Below are positions 1 through 8,623 of a stretch of DNA of 64,000 nucleotides, piece after piece. Made by a program: the position numbers and the translations under genes. This DNA comes from an uncultured Candidatus Saccharibacteria bacterium (GTDB lineage Bacteria > Patescibacteriota > WWE3 > UBA101185 > 2-01-FULL-41-18), in the NCBI GenBank assembly GCA_964636285.1, contig CAZWQF010000004.1, forward strand, positions 67,666-131,665, written 5' to 3'. Numbering within the stretch: the stretch's first letter is position 1; each line of letters begins with the position of its first letter. The notes under the pieces are model-generated. The model was given only the letters and a program-made list of their open reading frames with translations. It was not told the origin of the DNA and did no database searches.

Positions 1-1
1 C

Positions 2-979
2 CCAGTTTTATATAAAACGGTTGAAAATCTTCAAAAGCTTCTAATTACTGTTGGGGTTCCTTCAATATTCATTTTGAGCATAATTTTGGCAAATTCACAG
101 GACTGGACTGCAGTTTCAAAGGGAGTTCTTGGTATGGGCGAAGGATATTTTCTTCTTCCCGCAGGAATTTCGATCACATCATTCCTTGCTGCATTAGCCT
201 ATGCAGGAGCAGGCGGAAATTTAAACCTTGCTCAATCCTTCTATATTAAAGAAAAGGGCTACGGAATGGGTAAATATGCAGGGCGAATAACAAGTGTGCT
301 CACAGGAAAGCAGGAGGAAGTTTCTCTCTCTGGATCAACATTTGTTGTGAGTCAAGAAACCAGAAGCAGATTCATGACCTGGTGGAAAAATATAAACATA
401 GAGCACTTTGTAATTTTCTGGTTAACAGGTTCTGTAACGATTGTGTTGCTTGGGCTTCTTTCGTACACAACAACGCATTCAATATCCACTACCCTTTCGG
501 GACTTGATTTTGTATTCCTGGAAGCAGCAGAAATTGGAAAACGAATATTTCCTTTTGCAGGTACATTCTTTTTGCTTGTGGCAGGTTCTACACTGTTTGG
601 AACTCAATTAACCGTGTTTGATGCTACAAGCCGAATATTGACTGAGAACGTGATTCTTTCCTCTTTTGGAAAGCTTACTGAAAAACACATATCAAAGATT
701 TACTATATTGTACTTTGGCTCCAAATTGCAGCGGGGATTGGAATCTTTATGGCAGGGTTTACTCAGCCATTACAGCTATTAACAACAGCTGCGGTGTTAA
801 ATGCTTTTGCAATGTTTGTACACGTTGGACTTACTCTCTGGCTAAACATGACAAGTCTTGAAAAAGCTATTAGGCCATCTGTATTCAGAGTGGTATTCAT
901 GGGAATGGCGTTCTTGTTCTACGGAGGCTTTAGCATTTACACAATCTACACAAGCTGGATCCAACCTTTGTTTAAATAA
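2..979 (+). CDS. Nramp-like/APC-fold multi-pass membrane transporter, 5'-truncated by the window edge
   Basis: The frame is open from position 2 (PVLYKTVENLQKLL...). Many hydrophobic helices; AYAGAGG and FDATSRILTE segments resemble the Nramp-like transporter family. Confidence 0.6.
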   Translation, partial: PVLYKTVENLQKLLITVGVPSIFILSIILANSQDWTAVSKGVLGMGEGYFLLPAGISITSFLAALAYAGAGGNLNLAQSFYIKEKGYGMGKYAGRITSVLTGKQEEVSLSGSTFVVSQETRSRFMTWWKNINIEHFVIFWLTGSVTIVLLGLLSYTTTHSISTTLSGLDFVFLEAAEIGKRIFPFAGTFFLLVAGSTLFGTQLTVFDATSRILTENVILSSFGKLTEKHISKIYYIVLWLQIAAGIGIFMAGFTQPLQLLTTAAVLNAFAMFVHVGLTLWLNMTSLEKAIRPSVFRVVFMGMAFLFYGGFSIYTIYTSWIQPLFK

Positions 980-981
980 CC

Positions 982-1089
982 TGGACGGGTAACGAAAACC
1001 CGCATGGTTAGTGGATATTTATGCAGTTTCTGCATAAATGTGTCCATGTGATTTTCCTGCACCGTTACTGTGTTTTCGTTACCCGTCCA
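982..1089. repeat. Inverted pair of REP-like bulged hairpins (982-1004 and a partial inverted copy at 1072-1089)
   Basis: TGGACGGGTAACGAAAACCCGCA lies just after the stop codon. GTTTTCGTTACCCGTCCA is its reverse complement. Confidence 0.7.
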
Positions 1090-1097
1090 CATAAACC

Positions 1098-1649
1098 TTA
1101 CACCCTACAGGAATCATTACTTAAAGACTTCACGCCTAGCCACACCGAATACATAAGCACCACAACAGCTAACACAGACAGCTCCATGCCTTCAAACGGC
1201 AAGGCTACCAAAATGCTGCTACTCAAACCTATTGCAGACAGAGCAGGAACTCCACACGCTGCACAACCCCCAACTACTGCGCCAACAACAGACCCTCCAA
1301 ACGTAAAAGTGGCATGCTTTCCCAGAGCAGACGCTTTTTCCACAAGCAACACTATATTTAAAGCCGTTAACACCCCAGTCACTACCAGAAGCGCAAAACT
1401 CACTGTCTCCATAGATCCACTCAAACCTCTAACAAGCCCAAAAACCAGATTTAATTTCTGCAAAAGAGTCTCTCTGCTACCTGCAAAAGAGTAATAAACA
1501 AGCGAAAAATTCCTCAAAACCGCGGATAAAAGCAGGAATCCTAAAAATACCAATAAAAAGATTGGAACTGCCCTTCTTTTATCCATAGAACAAAAAACCG
1601 CCTTAGCGGATTTTGCCTTGGAATAAGAATTATCAAAAAAGGAACTCAT
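1098..1649 (-). CDS. Hypothetical membrane protein with a GCAACG (CxxC) motif; probably leaderless
   Basis: ORF track gives 1098-1664. The ATG at 1649 lies 6 nt after a TATAAT box. About four TM helices. Confidence 0.65.
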   Translation of the reverse strand: MSSFFDNSYSKAKSAKAVFCSMDKRRAVPIFLLVFLGFLLLSAVLRNFSLVYYSFAGSRETLLQKLNLVFGLVRGLSGSMETVSFALLVVTGVLTALNIVLLVEKASALGKHATFTFGGSVVGAVVGGCAACGVPALSAIGLSSSILVALPFEGMELSVLAVVVLMYSVWLGVKSLSNDSCRV

Positions 1650-1683
1650 TTGAGGATTATACAAGAGTAGTTGATAATTCGAT

Positions 1684-1924
1684 ACCGATTAAGGAACCTA
1701 AAACCAAAAGTAAATTGTCTGGAATTACCTTGGGCGCCCTGGATATAAAAATAAGTCCAGTCCCGAGTGTAACGACTAGCTGAAGCCGTGATCCCCTATA
1801 AACTATTTTGGTTGTCCTCACTCTGTTCCACGGAACAAAAGTATCTGGATTCCCTAGGTTATAAGGTTGAGGAAATCATACAAGGCTTCCATGTCCGACT
1901 ACCTCAGGACGTAACCTTACGGTC
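1684..1924 (-). ncRNA. Candidate structured ncRNA of about 240 nt, family not recognised
   Basis: ORF-free interval with its own promoter. The ends can pair (ACCG-UAAGG / CCUUA-AU-CGGU) and there are several internal hairpins. Confidence 0.5.
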
Positions 1925-1930
1925 ATAGAT

Positions 1931-1959
1931 ATATTATCAAAATCTAACTGAGAATTCAA
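1931..1959 (-). promoter_or_regulatory. sigma70-type promoter for the 1684-1924 RNA
   Basis: TTGAAT-17 nt-TAATAT with an extended -10 TGn on the minus strand. Confidence 0.55.
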
Positions 1960-1991
1960 TGAGTTTTTTAACAAAATATAATAGTAAATTG

Positions 1992-2408
1992 TTACTTACT
2001 TTCTATGGAGTCTTTCTTAACAAAAAATATTGAAAAGGCTACCAAAAACCACCCACTCGCCTGCATCATGATAGGTAAAAGCTTACTAAATAACAGATCC
2101 CCTACGTTAAATTTTCTAGTTGCGGGGTCAACCAGTATAAGTTCCGTAACATTCTCTCTCACATGAGGAATTAAATGCTTTGTATATTCGAATTCAAAAG
2201 TAAGAATCAAAAAACCAAGAGTTAATAAAACATAAAATCTTGAAGGCTTTAAAATGCTTCTGATAAAGCACAAAACAGTAAAAATACCAAAATAAAAAAG
2301 CTCCCAATTATGCGAATAAAAACTGTAAAATGTATTGATCAGATTTATTAAAATTTGCATAACTACCGTGACTTTCTGCAACGAACCCTGCGAAGTGCTT
2401 ATTGCCAC
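1992..2408 (-). CDS. Hypothetical membrane protein
   Basis: 138-aa ORF with about three hydrophobic segments, directly downstream of the M50 peptidase gene. Confidence 0.55.
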   Translation of the reverse strand: MAISTSQGSLQKVTVVMQILINLINTFYSFYSHNWELFYFGIFTVLCFIRSILKPSRFYVLLTLGFLILTFEFEYTKHLIPHVRENVTELILVDPATRKFNVGDLLFSKLLPIMMQASGWFLVAFSIFFVKKDSIESK

Positions 2409-2414
2409 CCCATA

Positions 2415-3086
2415 TCAAAACAAAAGCTTCATTACAATGTTAACCGGCACCGAAACAAGCCTTTCGGACAATGTGCTTCCCCCTATCGGAACCAAAATTA
2501 CAAAAATCAACATATACATTCCGTATTGAGCAAGCTCAGACCATTGAAGCGCCAAGTCCCTTGGCAAAAGCCCCCAAACAACTTTAAAACCATCCAATGG
2601 GTTTATTGGAATCAAGTTAAAAAACCCAAGCACAAGATTAATTCTTGCGGCTACAAAGAACAATGGAGCCACAATCCCCACAAGTGGACTTCCAAACCCT
2701 ACTCTAAGCACAGCTTCGTGTAAAAAGGCAAAAAGTATTGCAAAAAGGAAGTTACTCACGGGACCTGCCAGAGCAGTCAAAGAAGTATAAAGCCTAGGAT
2801 TGGCAAAGTAATTTGGGTTAAAGGGTACAGGTTTTGCCCACCCGAATCCAGTAAAAGCTAAAAGTGCTGATCCTATTGGATCAAGATGCGCCAAAGGATT
2901 TAAAGTTAGCCTGCCCATAGCTTTTGGTGTTGGATCTCCAAGCCTGTCAGCAATGAAAGCGTGAGCAAATTCGTGCACGGTGAGGCACAGAACTAAAAGC
3001 CCAAAAGTGATTAAAAACATGATTATTCCGGTAATCGGCCCATAAGACGAAAGGAATTCGAATATCATTGCATTAAATAATACCAC
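2415..3086 (-). CDS. Site-2 protease (peptidase M50, YwhC-like)
   Basis: HEFAH zinc motif, plus GRLTLNPLAHLD, AGPVSN and FNLIPINPLDG. Start codon uncertain. Confidence 0.9.
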   Translation of the reverse strand: MVLFNAMIFEFLSSYGPITGIIMFLITFGLLVLCLTVHEFAHAFIADRLGDPTPKAMGRLTLNPLAHLDPIGSALLAFTGFGWAKPVPFNPNYFANPRLYTSLTALAGPVSNFLFAILFAFLHEAVLRVGFGSPLVGIVAPLFFVAARINLVLGFFNLIPINPLDGFKVVWGLLPRDLALQWSELAQYGMYMLIFVILVPIGGSTLSERLVSVPVNIVMKLLF

Positions 3087-3125
3087 ACACCCGTTGCCTT
3101 TTCCCTTTCGTAACCAATGTTTTAG

Positions 3126-3154
3126 TGGACTGGTTTTTTAATTAGTGCTAGAAT
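3126..3154 (+). promoter_or_regulatory. Probable promoter of the secE-nusG operon
   Basis: TGGACT-17 nt-TAGAAT with an extended -10 TGn. Confidence 0.5.
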
Positions 3155-3222
3155 CTCAGGGTCACAATTACTTACAATTAAGCCTAAATCCAGTTAAGAT
3201 ATTGTAGGTTTGACTAAAGTTT

Positions 3223-3399
3223 ATGATAGGATTTATTAAAGACTCGTATTACGAGCTTCTCAAGGTAAACTGGCCCACAAAAGACCAGACAGTTCGCTTG
3301 ACGCGATATGTAATAGGTGTTAGTTTAGTCGTCGGCGTCTATGTAGCAATATTGGACGCTGTTTTTAATTTAGGGCTTAAAAACCTTATAATCAAATAA
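3223..3399 (+). CDS. secE: Preprotein translocase subunit SecE (58 aa, absent from the ORF track)
   Basis: Manual translation MIGFIKDSYYELLKVNWPTKDQTVRLT... has the ELxKVxWP motif and one TM helix, immediately before nusG. Confidence 0.93.
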   Translation: MIGFIKDSYYELLKVNWPTKDQTVRLTRYVIGVSLVVGVYVAILDAVFNLGLKNLIIK

Positions 3400-3401
3400 T
3401 T

Positions 3402-4004
3402 ATGGATGAGCAAAAAAAAGAGCCACAAGTAGAAGCACTTCAGGATAAGGGAGTTTTAATCATATCTGAGGTTGAAAACGAAAAAGCCAGATGGTATGTG
3501 GTTCATACATACTCAGGCCATGAAAACAAAGTTGCTATAGCATTAAAGCAAAGAGTTGAATCTTATGGTTACCAGGACAAAATTTTAAAGGTCCTAGTCC
3601 CCTCTCAAGAAAAAATTGTTATTTCAGAAGGTAAAAAAAGAAAAGTTGACGAGCGAATTTTCCCAGGCTACATTCTTGTAAACATGGAAATGGGAGATGA
3701 TACATGGCATGTTGTCAGATCAACATCAGGAGTTACAGGATTTGTAGGAACTGGCGCAACACCAACAGCCCTTCCAGAAGCCGAGGTTAAATCCATCATG
3801 AAATTCATGAAGATGGAGGCTCCAAAGTTTGAAGCCAAATTCAAAGTTGGAGATTCAGTTAAGATTGTTGATGGACCATTTACAGACTTCCTTGGTAAAG
3901 TTGACGAGGTCAATGACGAACAAGGTAAAGTAAAGGTTCTCATCTCAGTCTTTGGAAGAGAAACCCCAATGGAGCTCGACTTTTTGCAGGTAATCCCACT
4001 TTAA
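3402..4004 (+). CDS. nusG: Transcription termination/antitermination factor NusG
   Basis: WYVVHTYSGHE, FPGYILV and a KOW domain ending VFGRETPMELDF. Confidence 0.98.
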   Translation: MDEQKKEPQVEALQDKGVLIISEVENEKARWYVVHTYSGHENKVAIALKQRVESYGYQDKILKVLVPSQEKIVISEGKKRKVDERIFPGYILVNMEMGDDTWHVVRSTSGVTGFVGTGATPTALPEAEVKSIMKFMKMEAPKFEAKFKVGDSVKIVDGPFTDFLGKVDEVNDEQGKVKVLISVFGRETPMELDFLQVIPL

Positions 4005-4085
4005 GCCGGCTCAGGAAACGAGGTCATGCTTCTAGACCTCTCATCCAAACTCTTACAAAGAAAGGGTTCCAAGTATTGATTTTAG

Positions 4086-4107
4086 TGCCCGGGAGACTAA
4101 AACCCGC
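4086..4107 (+). repeat. REP-like bulged hairpin copy in the rplK leader
   Basis: TGCCCGGGAGACTAAAACCCGC, the same as the copies at 5291 and 59885. Confidence 0.7.
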
Positions 4108-4131
4108 GCTACTAAAGGAAATTTTAAGTAT

Positions 4132-4560
4132 ATGGCAGCAAAGAAATTAAAAGCACTAGTTAAACTAAACATACAAGCAGGTAAGGCTACCCCAGCACCT
4201 CCAGTAGGACCAGCACTTGGTCAGCACGGAGTTCCTTTGATGGAATTCTGTAAGGAGTTCAACGCAAGGACCTCAAAGATGGGAGACGATATTGTTCCTA
4301 TTATTATTTCGGTTTATGATGACAGATCTTTCACTTTCATCACCAAAACCCCACCTGCATCTTCCCTACTTGTTAAGGCAGCAGGTATTCCAAAAGGTTC
4401 AGGCAAACCAAATAAAGAAAAAGTAGGAGTAGTCACAAAAGCACAGGTTTCTGAGATTGCTGAGAGAAAAATGAAGGATTTAAATGCAAGGACCATTGAA
4501 GCTGCAATGAAAATAGTAGAAGGAACAGCAAGATCAATGGGAATTACTGTAAAGGAATAA
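4132..4560 (+). CDS. rplK: 50S ribosomal protein L11
   Basis: [18 protein letters not shown] and FCKEFNART. Confidence 0.99.
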   Translation: MAAKKLKALVKLNIQAGKATPAPPVGPALGQHGVPLMEFCKEFNARTSKMGDDIVPIIISVYDDRSFTFITKTPPASSLLVKAAGIPKGSGKPNKEKVGVVTKAQVSEIAERKMKDLNARTIEAAMKIVEGTARSMGITVKE

Positions 4561-4561
4561 T

Positions 4562-5278
4562 ATGGCAAAAGAAACAAAAAAAGCTAAAAAGGGCGATGAG
4601 CTAAAGTCAAAAAAACACCAAATTGCTTCCAAAGTTGTGGATGCAGAAAAGGTGTACACACTTGATGAAGCACTAGACCTTGTTAAAAAATCATCTTACA
4701 CAAAGTTTGATGGTACTGTTGAGCTCCATATCAATCTTGATATAGACATCAAAAAGCCAGATCAAACTCTCAGAACCACAACTTCTCTTCCACACGGAAC
4801 AGGTAAAACTCTTAAGGTTGCAGCCTTCTCCGCTGTTGAGGTAAAAGGCGCAGATCTTTCTTTAAACGAAGAAGGAATCGCCCAAATCGAACAGAACAAA
4901 ATTAAGCCTGGAATCGACTTTGAGGCAGTTTGCGCTGACCCTTCGTTCATGCCAAAACTCACAAAGATTGCAAGAATTCTTGGTCCTAGAGGAATGATGC
5001 CAAATCCAAAGACAGGCACCGTTTCTACAGATCTTGTTAAAGTTGTAGCTGAGCTTAAAAAAGGCAAGGTTGAGCTTAGAAACGAAGCCAACGCACCTAT
5101 CATCCACACAAAGATTGGAAAAGTAAGCTTTTCAAAGGAAGCTTTGGTTGAAAACTACAACGAAATCTTCAAGACTTTAAGAGCTAACAGGCCACAAAAA
5201 GCAGGAACAGGCTGGATCAAGTCAGCATTCATTGCTTCAACAATGGGCCCATCCATTCAGGTGGCTATTGAAGCCTAA
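4562..5278 (+). CDS. rplA: 50S ribosomal protein L1
   Basis: LPHGTGK, ILGPRGMMPNPKTGTV and STMGPSI. Confidence 0.99.
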   Translation: MAKETKKAKKGDELKSKKHQIASKVVDAEKVYTLDEALDLVKKSSYTKFDGTVELHINLDIDIKKPDQTLRTTTSLPHGTGKTLKVAAFSAVEVKGADLSLNEEGIAQIEQNKIKPGIDFEAVCADPSFMPKLTKIARILGPRGMMPNPKTGTVSTDLVKVVAELKKGKVELRNEANAPIIHTKIGKVSFSKEALVENYNEIFKTLRANRPQKAGTGWIKSAFIASTMGPSIQVAIEA

Positions 5279-5290
5279 CCCCCGTTATTC

Positions 5291-5427
5291 TGCCCGGGAG
5301 ACTAAAACCCGCATTGTTAAAGGAAAATCCCGAGGGTAAAACCTCGGGATTTTTGGTAGTTGTTTGTTCATACCTCTACCTTAACTGAAGCAAAGCTATG
5401 AACAGTGCGTTTTATTCTCCCGGGCAG
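5291..5427. repeat. Inverted REP-like pair (5291-5313 and a degenerate copy at 5401-5427) flanking the rplA terminator
   Basis: TGCCCGGGAGACTAAAACCCGCATTGTT versus AACAGTGCGTTTTATTCTCCCGGGCAG. Confidence 0.65.
5325..5354 (+). terminator. Intrinsic terminator after rplA
   Basis: AAATCCCGAGG-GTAAAA-CCTCGGGATTTTT. Confidence 0.85.
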
Positions 5428-5432
5428 TTTAT

Positions 5433-5461
5433 TTGACAAAACCCCACCCCTCTAATACAAT
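5433..5461 (+). promoter_or_regulatory. sigma70 promoter of rplJ-rplL
   Basis: TTGACA-17 nt-TACAAT. Confidence 0.8.
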
Positions 5462-5469
5462 CGTGAAGT

Positions 5470-5539
5470 TCCTAAGATAGTAAGGTGTCAAAACATAAAG
5501 TTTTGAATTAAATAGTTTAAAGGATTGGCCTACTGAGGA
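5470..5539 (+). promoter_or_regulatory. L10 leader (rplJ autoregulatory RNA element)
   Basis: CCTAAGATAGTAAGG...TTAA...CCTACTGAGG fits the CCGAAGACAGUAGG...UUAA...CCUACCGAGG pattern, upstream of rplJ. Confidence 0.75.
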
Positions 5540-5658
5540 AACAATAGCTTAAGACACTAGTCCACGATAAATCAAGGGCATGTGTAACGCGCAAAAACGG
5601 GTTCCTATTCGTTTTTCATATTCTCCCCTATTGTTATTCTCACAAAGCTTAAAAATAG

Positions 5659-6186
5659 ATGCCAAACAAGAAAAATATCAAAGACGTATCAATGCTTAAA
5701 GAGAAAGTTGCAAAAGCAAAGTCTTTTTACTTTGTTGACTACAAAGGTCTTAAGTCAGTTGATGCTGATAACCTTAGAGCCAAACTTTCCGAAGAAGGCG
5801 CAGAAGTTGAAGTTGCCAAAAACACTTTAATGGAAGTAGCCATGAGAGAGCATGGAATTGACACTACAGTGGCCAAGGAAAATCTTAAAGGCTCAATGAT
5901 GACCATCTTTGCATATAACGATGCAGTCTCCCCTCTTAAAAAGCTTTACGAGTTTGCAAAGACCGTAAACATCCCAACAATGAAGCTTGGATTTGTAGAT
6001 GGAAGATTCTACTCCGCAACCGAAGTAGAAACGCTCAGCAAACTCCCATCAAGAAACGAGCTTATTGCAAGAGTTCTTGCAGGATTTAACACACCTATTT
6101 CAGGCTTTGTTAATGTCCTTTCTGGAACAAAGAAAAATCTAGTATATGCATTAAAGGCTGTTGCGGATAAGAAACAGGCTAACTAA
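5659..6186 (+). CDS. rplJ: 50S ribosomal protein L10
   Basis: VDYKGL, VAKNTL and LSKLPSRNELIA; synteny. Confidence 0.97.
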   Translation: MPNKKNIKDVSMLKEKVAKAKSFYFVDYKGLKSVDADNLRAKLSEEGAEVEVAKNTLMEVAMREHGIDTTVAKENLKGSMMTIFAYNDAVSPLKKLYEFAKTVNIPTMKLGFVDGRFYSATEVETLSKLPSRNELIARVLAGFNTPISGFVNVLSGTKKNLVYALKAVADKKQAN

Positions 6187-6265
6187 CGTTTGGCTGGGAA
6201 CGGCCGAGCATAAGCTTGGTCTCATTCTTAATCGCAGTAGTAAATTTTAGAAGGAGGTGTCAAAA

Positions 6266-6655
6266 ATGGCAGATTTATCAACAAACGCAACAAAAGTAAT
6301 GGAGCTTGTAGAGGGCATGACAGTCCTTGAGCTTAACGACTTAGTAAAGGCTCTTGAAGAAAAGTTCGGAGTCTCAGCTTCAGCACCAGTAATGATGGCA
6401 GCTGCACCAGCAGCAGGACCAGCAGAACCAGTTGAAGAGAAAACACAGTTTGATGTGGTTCTTGAAAACGCAGGAGCAAACAAGATCAACGTAATTAAGG
6501 CTGTAAGAGAAATCAACCAGGCACTTGGACTTGTAGAAGCCAAGAACCTAGTAGAAGCAGCACCAAAGGCTGTTCTTGAAGGAGCAAAGAAAGAAGCAGC
6601 AGAGATTGCAAAGAAGAAGCTTGAGGAAGCAGGCGCAAAAGTCACCCTTAAGTAA
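6266..6655 (+). CDS. rplL: 50S ribosomal protein L7/L12
   Basis: [21 protein letters not shown] and [10 protein letters not shown]. The ATG at 6266 follows an AAGGAGG SD. Confidence 0.99.
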   Translation: MADLSTNATKVMELVEGMTVLELNDLVKALEEKFGVSASAPVMMAAAPAAGPAEPVEEKTQFDVVLENAGANKINVIKAVREINQALGLVEAKNLVEAAPKAVLEGAKKEAAEIAKKKLEEAGAKVTLK

Positions 6656-6667
6656 TTCTAATTTCTG

Positions 6668-6690
6668 TGGACGGGTAACAAAAACCCGCA
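6668..6690 (+). repeat. REP-like bulged hairpin copy after rplL
   Basis: TGGACGGGTAACAAAAACCCGCA. Confidence 0.7.
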
Positions 6691-6716
6691 CTGTTAAAGC
6701 AAAGTTACGATCAAAG

Positions 6717-6744
6717 AAAAACCCCGTCGAAAGGCGGGGTTTTT
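6717..6744 (+). terminator. Intrinsic terminator after rplL, possibly bidirectional
   Basis: AAAAACCCCGTC-GAAA-GGCGGGGTTTTT. Confidence 0.9.
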
Positions 6745-7528
6745 GGTATTTGAATTCAGAGCAAGAATCTTATATACCTTAATAGTGAAGTTTTACAGTT
6801 TATTCCATGATGTTGAAGTGGATAATAGCAAGCTAATCCTTGAGAAGCATGGGGCAGATATTGGAAATCTAATGTTGCTGTTAAATTTATTTTTAGACAG
6901 AATTAATTTACTAAATGGGAAAATAAAAAGCGATGAATACCCATCCTCAACAATCCTAGACATCGCAATTCAAAATATACAACTTTGTGGCAACGCCATG
7001 ATTTTATTCACTCAAGGATATCTTAGAACCACATACATTCTAAATCGAGTTATTGCCGAACAAACTATCCTATCAATGTTTTTTGATGAATTCCCTGATA
7101 AGGAGAGAGAATATGCAACTTTAAACTATAGAGATTTCTTTCGTGACCAGAAGATGGAGGAAATTGTTAAAAGAATTGATAAAGTAGGAGTCAAATATAA
7201 GAGGGGCGAAGGAAAACAATGGTATAAAAGTTTATTTGTGCCCCTCTATAAAGAGCATTCACGCTCAGTGCATTTAGATCTTGATTTTCTGTCTAATATT
7301 CAATGGGATGAAAATATGCAAATCTCCCGCATTACACCCATGTTCCCTAATGAAAAAGCAACACTGGCAACTATGCTTATACTATATCAGTTAACTCTAA
7401 CTGCACTTAACGCATTTGAAACCCATTTCAACAAAGCCTTGCCAGAATTTACAGCTGAGCAGGAAGAAATTTTTCCTCGAGTTATAGAAATAGTAAATAA
7501 ATTAAACCTCAAGCTGAAGTCTAGCTAA
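6743..7528 (+). CDS. AT-rich hypothetical protein, DUF5677/Abi-like helical family (tentative)
   Basis: RVIAE and LYKEHSRSVH motifs. The true start may be the GTG near 6785. Confidence 0.45.
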   Translation: MVFEFRARILYTLIVKFYSLFHDVEVDNSKLILEKHGADIGNLMLLLNLFLDRINLLNGKIKSDEYPSSTILDIAIQNIQLCGNAMILFTQGYLRTTYILNRVIAEQTILSMFFDEFPDKEREYATLNYRDFFRDQKMEEIVKRIDKVGVKYKRGEGKQWYKSLFVPLYKEHSRSVHLDLDFLSNIQWDENMQISRITPMFPNEKATLATMLILYQLTLTALNAFETHFNKALPEFTAEQEEIFPRVIEIVNKLNLKLKSS

Positions 7529-8621
7529 CAATATTTTCCCTCAAAAGCTTAGCGGCATCTTCTGGTGAAGCTTTATCGTTCACCCAAATCCCCGCTCCAA
7601 GCTCCAGAGCTCCAAACACCTTCAAATGAGGCAAAAAGCCCACGTGCCAGTGGAAAGGATCGTACCTTTGCGTTCTTATCCAAAAGTTTCTATCTGGATA
7701 GTTAAAAGCCTTCCCATAAATCTGCAAAAGCTTCTTCAAAACCACCGCAAAGTCATTTATCTCAGGCTCATCAATCATTCCAAAGTTTGGCCTGTGCGTC
7801 TTTGGCGTGAGCCTTACCTCATACGGCCACCTTGAAGCTTTTGGCGTAATAGCAACAAAATGTGTGCTTTCAATAACTACCCTGCTCTTATTTGGATCGG
7901 TCTCAGCCACTGCATCCTTAATCTCATCGCACCAATAACATGTATTGTGCTCGTCATAATACCTTAAAGCTGATTCTTTCTCTTTTTGCGTAGTTCCAGG
8001 AAAACCTTTCAAAGCAACTATTTGCGAATGGGGATGGTCAAGCGAAGCCCCTGCTTTATGTCCTCTGTTGTTAAAAATGAAGACCTCTTTATCCTCATTT
8101 GTGTGAGCATGAAGCCTATTAAGGTACGCTCGAACAATTCTTGTAACCTGTTCGTTTGAAAGCTCATCTATATCTTTGTTCGAATCTGGGCTGTGGATCA
8201 CAACCTCATGATCCCCTATTATAGGGTACTTGTTTGCAATCACCCTAACATTCCAGTCATCAGCATCCTGATAAAGTGCTGGAGGCGTTAAGTGTTCATT
8301 ACCCTTTGCAAAGAAGTCAATCTTGGGTTTTGGTTGACTAGCCGATTGTGCACCATTTTGCGAATTTGCAGCACTCCCCTGATCTTGACCTGTAGCGTTA
8401 TTACTATTGCTTGTTACCTTACTTGCGTCTTCTAATGAAATTTCTGAGACTTTCACACCATTTGGAACTGGAACAGTTGGCTGAGAAACAGTGTTTTGTG
8501 AATTATTTGAAGCGGGGGTTCCGTTTGTTCCCACCGCACCTGTCTGATCAGGTCTTTTTGACCTATCTGTAGATAAAATTGTTGGATCGCCTGTTAATGG
8601 ATCAAAAATAAAAGAACCCAT
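7521..8621 (-). CDS. galT: GalT-family (HIT) sugar-1-phosphate nucleotidylyltransferase
   Basis: RSKRP, VRVIANKYP, GASLDHPHSQ catalytic HxHxQ, FHWH and GALELGAG. Confidence 0.85.
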   Translation of the reverse strand: MGSFIFDPLTGDPTILSTDRSKRPDQTGAVGTNGTPASNNSQNTVSQPTVPVPNGVKVSEISLEDASKVTSNSNNATGQDQGSAANSQNGAQSASQPKPKIDFFAKGNEHLTPPALYQDADDWNVRVIANKYPIIGDHEVVIHSPDSNKDIDELSNEQVTRIVRAYLNRLHAHTNEDKEVFIFNNRGHKAGASLDHPHSQIVALKGFPGTTQKEKESALRYYDEHNTCYWCDEIKDAVAETDPNKSRVVIESTHFVAITPKASRWPYEVRLTPKTHRPNFGMIDEPEINDFAVVLKKLLQIYGKAFNYPDRNFWIRTQRYDPFHWHVGFLPHLKVFGALELGAGIWVNDKASPEDAAKLLRENIVS

Positions 8622-8623
8622 AT

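Noticed and set aside
1684-1924. Cobalamin riboswitch or SRP RNA
   Set aside because: UAGGGAAUCC is present, but the B12 box and the SRP helix-8 motif are not.
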